NCBI RefSeq assembly: GCF_001598795.1
Contig: NZ_BCZP01000029.1
Coordinates: 1 to 32,000, forward strand
DNA length: 32,000 nt
Origin: Delftia acidovorans NBRC 14950
Lineage (GTDB): Bacteria; Pseudomonadota; Gammaproteobacteria; Burkholderiales; Burkholderiaceae_C
Direction of reading: 5' to 3'
Part shown: piece by piece, positions 26,547 to 32,000 of the stretch
How the letters are laid out: every line of letters begins with the position of its first letter
Numbering within the stretch: the stretch's first letter is position 1
Program-made: the position numbers and the translations under genes
The notes under the pieces: generated by a model
The model's database searches: none
Told to the model about the DNA's origin: nothing
Seen by the model: the letters and a program-made list of their open reading frames with translations, nothing else

Positions 26547-28814
26547 ATGCTGCAATCCGCCGTGCCCACAGCACGCACCACGGCCCGCTCAACTTCCCAC
26601 GCTGGCGCCCTGCGCCTGAGCGTGCTGGGCCTGGCCGCCGCCCTGGCGCTGAGCGCCTGCAACGAATCCCAGGACAAGCCCCCGCAGGCCGCCAGCGCGC
26701 CGCTGCCGCCTGCCACCGAAAGCGCCCAGCCCGTCGCCACGCCCGTGGCCTATGTGCCGCCTTCGGCCGAGACGCTCTACCAGATGGTGGCGCCCATTGC
26801 GCTGTACCCCGACAAGCTCGTGGCCCAGGTGCTGGCCGCCTCCACCTATCCCGACCAGGTCGGCGCCGCCGAGGTGTGGATGGGACAGAACCCCGGCCTC
26901 AAGCCCGAGGAACTGCAAAACGCCGTCAACAGCCAGGACTGGGACCCTTCGGTCAAGTCGCTGGCGCAGTTTCCCAATGTGCTGGCACAGCTGTCATCCA
27001 ACGTTCCCTGGACCACGGCCCTGGGCAAGGCCTACTACAACGATCCGGCCGATGTGATGAACGCCATCCAGGTGATGCGCCAGCGCGCCTACAAGGCCGG
27101 CACGCTCAAGGACTCCAGCCGGCTCAAGGTGGCCGTGGCCACGGCCGATTCCCCGCCCCCCGTGCCCCAGCCCGCACCGCAAGCCGTGGGCGAGCCGCTG
27201 TCGTCCATGCTGCCCGTGCCGGTGATCGACACACCACCGCAGTTCATCGAGATCGCACCGGCCCAGCCTGACACCGTCTATGTGCCGCAGTACGACCCCG
27301 GCGTTGTTTATGGCGAGCCCGTGCCCATGTACGGCGGCTACCGGCCCATCGTGGCGCCGCAACCCGTGTATGTGGGCAGTTCGGCCGCGCCCGTGGTGGC
27401 GGGGCTGATCGGCTTCGGCGCAGGCGTGATCCTGGCCGAGTCCGTGGACCGCCGCCCCTGGGGCTGGAACTCCTGGGGCATGCGCTGGGGCGAGCCCGGC
27501 TACCGCTGGCACCGCAACGAGCCGCCGCCACCGCCCTCGCGCCGCCCGGCCGTGATCTACAACAACAACACCTACGTCTCGCGCTCGACCACGGTGGTGC
27601 AGAACATCCACAACACGCACATCAACAACGTTGGCAACGTCACCCACATCGCGAACAACCCGCACTTCGAGCCGCGCCGCCCTGACTTCCCGCAGCAGGG
27701 CGGTGATCCTCGCTCGGGCGACCCGCGCTCTGGCGACTCTCGTTCTGGTGACCCACGTTCAGGCGGCATGGCCGCTGCGGCCCTGGCCGGTGCCGCAGGC
27801 ATGGCCGGCGCCGCCGCAGCAGCGCACTCCGGCATGCCCCAACGCCTGGGCCTGAGGCCGCCGCAGGGCGGCCCGCCCCCGTCCGCCCAAGGCATGGTGC
27901 CGCCCGGCAGCGCCCATGGATTTGCCCGGCACGATGGCGCCGATCGCGGACGCCCGGGCCTCAGGCCCGATGACCGGCCCCAGGCCTCACTGCAGCCCCG
28001 TATGAACCCGGTCCCGGCCTCGCAGGCGGGCCAGTTCGGCAAGTGGCCGCAGTCCCCTCAGTCTGCGCAATCGGCCCCCTCATCCCCACCGGGCGCCGCG
28101 CAGCGACCCGCGCCAGCACTGCCTGCGGCAGCCATGCAGGGTGACAGGGGCCGCGACTCCCGCGTGCCTTCCTGGTCTTCCGCAGCCACGCAGCAGGGCG
28201 TGAGGCCACAGGACCGGCAGAACGGCCTGGACAGGCAGGACCGCGACCGCTCCATGGCCGATGCAGCGCGCCAGCGCCAGCAGCAACAGCAGCAAATGGA
28301 GACGCAGACCGCCCGCCTTCGCGGCGAGGAACAGGCGCGCCAGCAACAGCAGCGCCAGGCCCAGATGCAGGCCCAGGCGCAGATGCGGGATCAGGCGCGT
28401 GACCAGGCCCAGGTTCAGGCGCAAGCCCAGGCCCGCCAACAAGCCGAGCGCGATCGCCAGGCCTTGCAGCAGCGCTCCCAGGACCAGGCGCGCCAGCAGC
28501 AAATGCAGCAGCAACAACAACAGCAGGCACGCGCACAGGAGCAGATGCAGGCAAGGATGCAGGCCCAGCAGCAGGCGCAAAGACAGGCCCAGATGCAGGA
28601 GCGGCAGGCGCAGCAGCAAAGACAGCAGCAGTTCGAGGCTGCCCAGCAGCAACGCATGCAGGCCCAGCAAGCACAGCAGGCCCAGGCACAGGCGCGTGCC
28701 CAGCAGCAGCAGGCCCGCGCGCAGCAGGAGCAACGCCAGCAACAGCAGCGCATGGCCAACGCGGCCCGCCCACAGGAGCGGCGCGGCGGGCGCGACGAGC
28801 GCAGGGACCGTTGA
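26547..28814 (+). CDS. DUF3300-like lipoprotein with Pro-rich middle and extreme Gln/Ala/Arg-rich C-terminal region
   Basis: SD CAGGAG 6 nt upstream of the ATG at 26547. Lipobox LALSAC. DUF3300-type N-domain LYQMVAPIALYPDKLVAQVLAASTYPDQVGAAEVW...DWDPSVKSLAQFPNVL...AYYNDPADVMNAIQVMRQRA. The C-terminal ~160 aa are about half Gln. Confidence 0.82.
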   Translation: MLQSAVPTARTTARSTSHAGALRLSVLGLAAALALSACNESQDKPPQAASAPLPPATESAQPVATPVAYVPPSAETLYQMVAPIALYPDKLVAQVLAASTYPDQVGAAEVWMGQNPGLKPEELQNAVNSQDWDPSVKSLAQFPNVLAQLSSNVPWTTALGKAYYNDPADVMNAIQVMRQRAYKAGTLKDSSRLKVAVATADSPPPVPQPAPQAVGEPLSSMLPVPVIDTPPQFIEIAPAQPDTVYVPQYDPGVVYGEPVPMYGGYRPIVAPQPVYVGSSAAPVVAGLIGFGAGVILAESVDRRPWGWNSWGMRWGEPGYRWHRNEPPPPPSRRPAVIYNNNTYVSRSTTVVQNIHNTHINNVGNVTHIANNPHFEPRRPDFPQQGGDPRSGDPRSGDSRSGDPRSGGMAAAALAGAAGMAGAAAAAHSGMPQRLGLRPPQGGPPPSAQGMVPPGSAHGFARHDGADRGRPGLRPDDRPQASLQPRMNPVPASQAGQFGKWPQSPQSAQSAPSSPPGAAQRPAPALPAAAMQGDRGRDSRVPSWSSAATQQGVRPQDRQNGLDRQDRDRSMADAARQRQQQQQQMETQTARLRGEEQARQQQQRQAQMQAQAQMRDQARDQAQVQAQAQARQQAERDRQALQQRSQDQARQQQMQQQQQQQARAQEQMQARMQAQQQAQRQAQMQERQAQQQRQQQFEAAQQQRMQAQQAQQAQAQARAQQQQARAQQEQRQQQQRMANAARPQERRGGRDERRDR
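27702..27761 (+). repeat. Four tandem 15-nt coding repeats (pentapeptide GDPRS x4, third unit GDSRS)
   Basis: GGTGATCCTCGCTCG / GGCGACCCGCGCTCT / GGCGACTCTCGTTCT / GGTGACCCACGTTCA. The peptide is conserved while synonymous positions differ. Confidence 0.9.
28270..28760 (+). repeat. CAG/CAA-rich low-complexity coding tract (Gln/Ala/Arg/Met/Glu/Asp only)
   Basis: Encodes RQRQQQQQQMETQ...QAQMQAQAQMRDQARDQAQVQAQAQARQQ...QQMQQQQQQQARAQEQMQARMQAQQQ...QQEQRQQQQRM. By my count 79 of about 162 residues are Gln. Confidence 0.9.
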
Positions 28815-28834
28815 GCGGCGCGCAAGCGCATTTG

Positions 28835-28864
28835 AATGCCATGGCGTCGTGGCGTCATGGCATT
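28835..28864. promoter_or_regulatory. 9-bp inverted repeat in the DUF3300-M23 spacer
   Basis: AATGCCATG (28835-28843) and CATGGCATT (28856-28864) with a 12-nt loop. Embedded in a spacer with ATGGC-N4-TGGCG repeated exactly 30 nt apart (28841 and 28871). Confidence 0.4.
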
Positions 28865-28937
28865 GAGGCGATGGCAAGCTGGCGCGCCGGCATGGCGGAC
28901 AATGGGGCGCTCGACCACAGCCCCCCCCGCTTCCCTC

Positions 28938-29810
28938 ATGCAGATACCGACGACGAATTCCCGCTCCCGCCGACTGTTTGTGCAATCCCTGTGCGCCTCG
29001 GGCGCAGGCCTGATGGTCCCGGCCTGGGCCGCTGCGGCCTCCGGGGAATCCCCTTGGCCGCATGACAGCCGCGTGCCCGGTGGCGTGGCCCGCCTGTCGC
29101 TGGGGCCATCGGCCCAGCGGCCCCAGGTGCTGGCCGGCGACGTGCCCGTGCTGGTGGTGGGCGACATGATCGAATGGACGGCCGTGGTCGGCATTGCGCT
29201 GTCGGTGGCGCCCGGCACGCATGGCGTGACGGTGAAGGGCGAAGGCGCACCGCGCACCCTGCCCTACGAAGTGCGCGACAAGAAATACACCGAGCAGCGC
29301 CTGAAGGTCTCGCCCAAGACCGTGGACCTGTCACCCGAGGACGATGCCCGCTACCAGCGTGAACGCGCCCACCAGCAGACCATCATGGCGCTGTTCACCG
29401 AGCCGCCTGCACGCCCTGGCGACCTGCGCATGCGCCAGCCCGTGCCGGGCCGCCGCAGCAGCAGCTTCGGCCTGCGCCGTGTGTTCAACGGCCAGCCGCG
29501 CAATCCGCACAGCGGCATGGACATCGCGGCAGCCACGGGCACCAACGTCGTCGCGCCGCTGCCGGGCAAGGTGGTGGATGTGGGCGACTATTTCTTCAAC
29601 GGCGGCACCGTGTGGCTGGACCACGGCGGCGGCCTGCTGAGCATGTACTGCCATCTGAGCAGCGTGCAGTGCAAGCTGGGCGATCAGCTGGACACGGGAG
29701 ATGCCTTCTGCAAGGTCGGCGCCACGGGCCGTGTCACCGGCCCGCACCTGCACTGGGGCGTGATGCTCAACCGCACCATGGTGGACCCGGCGCTGTTCCT
29801 GGCGGCGTGA
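28938..29810 (+). CDS. M23-family (LytM-type) zinc metallopeptidase with twin-arginine signal peptide
   Basis: N-terminus MQIPTTNSRSRRLFVQSLCASGAGLMVPAWAAAA/S (SRRxFV Tat motif, h-region, AxA site). Catalytic motifs HSGMD (HxxxD) and GPHLHWGV (HxH). Confidence 0.85.
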   Translation: MQIPTTNSRSRRLFVQSLCASGAGLMVPAWAAAASGESPWPHDSRVPGGVARLSLGPSAQRPQVLAGDVPVLVVGDMIEWTAVVGIALSVAPGTHGVTVKGEGAPRTLPYEVRDKKYTEQRLKVSPKTVDLSPEDDARYQRERAHQQTIMALFTEPPARPGDLRMRQPVPGRRSSSFGLRRVFNGQPRNPHSGMDIAAATGTNVVAPLPGKVVDVGDYFFNGGTVWLDHGGGLLSMYCHLSSVQCKLGDQLDTGDAFCKVGATGRVTGPHLHWGVMLNRTMVDPALFLAA

Positions 29811-29832
29811 ACGGGGCCGGCGCCCGCCGGCG

Positions 29833-30411
29833 TCAGTGGTTGGCCGAGGGAATGGTGTTCTGCGGCGCCACCGGCGTGGGCACGGCGATGGACTCGCGGT
29901 CCTGCGCCAGGTAGCGCGACACCAGCTCGAAGAAGCTGTCGTAGAAACCGCTCTTGGCAATCGTCTCGCTGCCCACCTTGACCATGGAGTCGCTGCCCGA
30001 GGAGAACGGCAGCGACACCGACCCCAGCGCACCCACGCCCAGGCTGGCCGAGTTGGCGCTCTTCTTCAAGGTATAGCGGTCCTGCAGCGCCGTGACAAAG
30101 CCGATGCTGACCTGGCCATCGGCCGTCTCGGGCACGCAGACCACGCGGATGTTCATCTGCAGGTTCAGTTCGGGATCGGGCTGGAAGCTCTTGCTGCCCT
30201 CTATGAGTTCGGCCGTGCGCGCCATGGCGATGTAGCCCTGGCTCAGCAGCGCGCGGCGCGCGGCCTCGCAGGTCTGGGCTGGCGAGGCATCGAACATGCG
30301 CGAGAAGGTCTCGGTGGAGCCGAAGCTCTCCTGCACGGGCACATGCTGGGGAATGGTCGAGCCGCAGCCCGCAAGCATTGCAATGATGGCCAAAGCTCCC
30401 GCGTAGCGCAT
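29833..30411 (-). CDS. Lipoprotein of unknown function (possibly DUF2242 family)
   Basis: MRYAGALAIIAMLAGC lipobox, 192 aa, good GC3. Convergent with the M23 gene (22-nt gap). The family name is from memory. Confidence 0.7.
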   Translation of the reverse strand: MRYAGALAIIAMLAGCGSTIPQHVPVQESFGSTETFSRMFDASPAQTCEAARRALLSQGYIAMARTAELIEGSKSFQPDPELNLQMNIRVVCVPETADGQVSIGFVTALQDRYTLKKSANSASLGVGALGSVSLPFSSGSDSMVKVGSETIAKSGFYDSFFELVSRYLAQDRESIAVPTPVAPQNTIPSANH

Positions 30412-30660
30412 GCCACGCACCCTGTTTGCTGCACTCCAACGTCGATACACGAACCTGCTCCTTGCTCCGGCGCCGCAGCCTGCGGATGGCATGGCGGCTG
30501 GCCGCCTATTCTCACCTGAGCGCAACGCATCGGCCGGCAACTTTGCAGCAATCCGTTTTTTCCGCCTGCATCAAATAGATGCAAAGGAATGTGAATAGCG
30601 CCCCGTTCTGACAGGCGCCGCCGCGCATCTGCGTTATGGTGCCCCGGTTCGGCCAGGGCC

Positions 30661-30680
30661 GGCGCGGCACATGCCGCGCC
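30661..30680. promoter_or_regulatory. 20-bp palindrome upstream of the META/DUF4377 lipoprotein gene
   Basis: GGCGCGGCA-CA-TGCCGCGCC (9-bp perfect arms), about 65 nt upstream of the ATG at 30744. The same 332-nt divergent spacer also holds TGCATC-AAATA-GATGCA (30567-30583) and CCGCAG-C-CTGCGG (30472-30484). Confidence 0.35.
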
Positions 30681-30743
30681 AGGGCTGCCACCAGCCCGCC
30701 GCGCCTGAGCCTGTCTCCGTACCCATCAACCAAGGAATTCAAC

Positions 30744-31586
30744 ATGAAGCCAAGCTGGACCTGGTGCCTGCCCGTGATCGTCACCATGGGGCTCGGCGCC
30801 TGCAGCCATATCGACAAGGGTGGCAATGCCGAAGAAGGCGCCAAGACCCAGGCGTCGGCCCCTGCCGGCCCACCCGGTGATGCCCAATCGCTGACCGCCT
30901 ACCACTGGAATCTTCGCCAGGCCTTCACGCCCCAGGGCACCGAAGACCAGAGCTGGTTCCTGACCGCCGCCTCGCGCAAGCGGCCCCTGCAACTGGAATT
31001 TGCCGACCAGCGCCTGGCCGTCAAGAACCTGTGCAACGTGGTGACCACTGGCTACCGCACCGAAGGCAACCGCATCGCCACCCAACGCGCCGCCAGCACG
31101 CTGATGGCCTGCGATGACGACCAACTGATGGCGCTGGAGCAAAAGGTGGCCCGCATCCTGCCCACGGCCAAGCAATGGTCCGTGCAACTGGGCGAAGGCA
31201 AGCAGCCTGCGCGCCTGACGCTCACCTTCATCGATGGCACGCGCTGGCAGTTCGACGGCTCGCCCACGGCCCAGACCCAGTACGGCAGCGTCGGCGAGCG
31301 CATCTTCCTGGAAGTGGCACCCCAGCGCACGGCCTGCAATCACCCGCTGATCAAGGACTTCCAGTGCCTGCGCGTGCGCGAGATCCGCTACGGCGACAAC
31401 GGCGTGAAGACCTCCACCGGCGAGTGGGAGAACTTCTACAGCGAGATCGAGGGCTACAAGCACGAACCCGGCATCCGCAACGTGCTGCGCATCCAGCGCT
31501 ACAAGCGCCAGAACGTGCCCGCCGACGCATCGGCCTACGCCTATGTGCTGGACATGGTGGTCGAGAGCGAGCGCGTAGGCCGCTGA
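30744..31586 (+). CDS. Lipoprotein with META (HslJ-like) domain and DUF4377-like C-terminal domain
   Basis: SD AAGGA 7 nt upstream of the ATG. Lipobox MGLGAC. The META-like part is LTAYHWNL...LEFADQRLAVKNLCNVVTTGY...RIATQRAASTLMAC. The C-terminal part CLRVREIRY...GEWENFYSEIEGYKHEPGIRNVLRIQRY...PADASAYAYVL is typical of DUF4377. Confidence 0.82.
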   Translation: MKPSWTWCLPVIVTMGLGACSHIDKGGNAEEGAKTQASAPAGPPGDAQSLTAYHWNLRQAFTPQGTEDQSWFLTAASRKRPLQLEFADQRLAVKNLCNVVTTGYRTEGNRIATQRAASTLMACDDDQLMALEQKVARILPTAKQWSVQLGEGKQPARLTLTFIDGTRWQFDGSPTAQTQYGSVGERIFLEVAPQRTACNHPLIKDFQCLRVREIRYGDNGVKTSTGEWENFYSEIEGYKHEPGIRNVLRIQRYKRQNVPADASAYAYVLDMVVESERVGR

Positions 31587-31612
31587 GCGCGCCTGCCTCC
31601 CAACAGCCCTGA

Positions 31613-31641
31613 AGGCCTGCTTTGCGCAGGCCTTTTTCTTT
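31613..31641 (+). terminator. Intrinsic terminator after the META/DUF4377 gene
   Basis: AGGCCTGC-TTTGC-GCAGGCCT followed by TTTTCTTT. Sits between the two convergent stops (31586 and 31648). Confidence 0.85.
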
Positions 31642-31647
31642 GCAGGC

Positions 31648-32000
31648 TCACAGCACCGGGCTCAGCATTGCCAGCAGGTTGTTCCAGATGCGGCGGCCCC
31701 AGTGCCAGGCGTGGACCTGGGCGGCCGTGATGCGGTCGGACTGGCGAATATAGTCGCCCTGGCGCTGGCGGATGGCGCGGGTCACGGCCTCGTCCTGCAG
31801 CAGCACGTTGTTCTCGAAGTTCAGGTCGAAGCTGCGCAGGTCCAGGTTGGTGGAGCCCACAAGGGCCACCTGCCCGTCCACGCACAGGGTCTTGGCATGC
31901 AGCAGGCCGGGGCGGAATTCATGGAGGATGACGCCGGCCCGCAGCAGGTAGCGGTAGGTGCTGCGGCTGGCCGCGCCCACGATCCAGGAATCGTTGCGCG
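31648..32000 (-). CDS. cls: Cardiolipin synthase / phospholipase D family, C-terminal part (gene continues beyond window end)
   Basis: Second HKD motif LLHAKTLCVDGQVALVGSTNLDLRS and ASRSTYRYLLRAGVILHEF. The reading frame stays open to position 32000; the 'M' at 31980 in the track is an internal GTG. Confidence 0.88.
   Translation of the reverse strand, partial: RNDSWIVGAASRSTYRYLLRAGVILHEFRPGLLHAKTLCVDGQVALVGSTNLDLRSFDLNFENNVLLQDEAVTRAIRQRQGDYIRQSDRITAAQVHAWHWGRRIWNNLLAMLSPVL

Noticed and set aside
28270-28760. CAG/CAA-rich tract considered as a CRISPR-like or microsatellite DNA repeat.
   Set aside because: There is no fixed-length direct repeat/spacer organisation. The periodicity is codon-level only and it lies in frame within a gene with a clear N-terminal domain.
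28811-29065. 84-aa ORF encoding the duplicated AMASWR peptide upstream of and overlapping the M23 gene.
   Set aside because: It has a TTG start inside the preceding stop codon and no SD. It overlaps the well-supported Tat signal of the M23 gene in another frame. The peptide repeat is explainable by a DNA-level repeat; the chance that the variable 3 nt both encode Ser is roughly 1 in 10. Kept only as a note in a finding.
28080-29257. Minus-strand ORFs of 380 aa and 280 aa with poly-Leu and poly-Cys stretches.
   Set aside because: These are the antisense reading (CTG/TGC) of the CAG/GCA-rich Gln/Ala tract of the DUF3300-like gene. They show no start context and no independent coding signal.

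Overview
High-GC betaproteobacterial chromosome segment; gene order and protein signatures look Comamonadaceae-like (inference only). I can support 28 protein genes, one tRNA-Ser and a set of intrinsic terminators and palindromes. Most of the window is conserved housekeeping: lysC, tilS, accA, cysS, ppiA-ppiB-lpxH, aceE, arfB, aroQ, glnS and a partial cardiolipin synthase. I saw no transposase, integrase, phage gene, CRISPR array, toxin-antitoxin pair or recognisable defence system, so I do not claim a new multi-gene system. The best novelty candidate is a monocistronic 726-aa secreted five-heme cytochrome (12225-14405, minus). It fuses an ADH/GADH-type triheme, quinone-reducing-type cytochrome c module to a TsdA-like diheme thiosulfate dehydrogenase module. 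It lies next to a LysR regulator and a TauE/SafE anion exporter and has an unusually AT-rich upstream region. Secondary items: an orphan pyruvate dehydrogenase-type E1 (no E2/E3) paired with an Lrp regulator; a small secreted PxPV/Tyr-Gly protein ending in (HG)4; and a DUF3300-like lipoprotein with a ~160-aa tail that is about half glutamine and a codon-diversified GDPRS repeat. There is also a run of envelope-targeted genes (lipoproteins, a Tat-signal M23 peptidase, cls), plus several intergenic palindromes and tandem repeats. Many very long ORFs in the track are antisense artefacts of high GC content and were rejected. Family names (DUF numbers, PXPV, TsdA) come from memory of motifs, not from a search.
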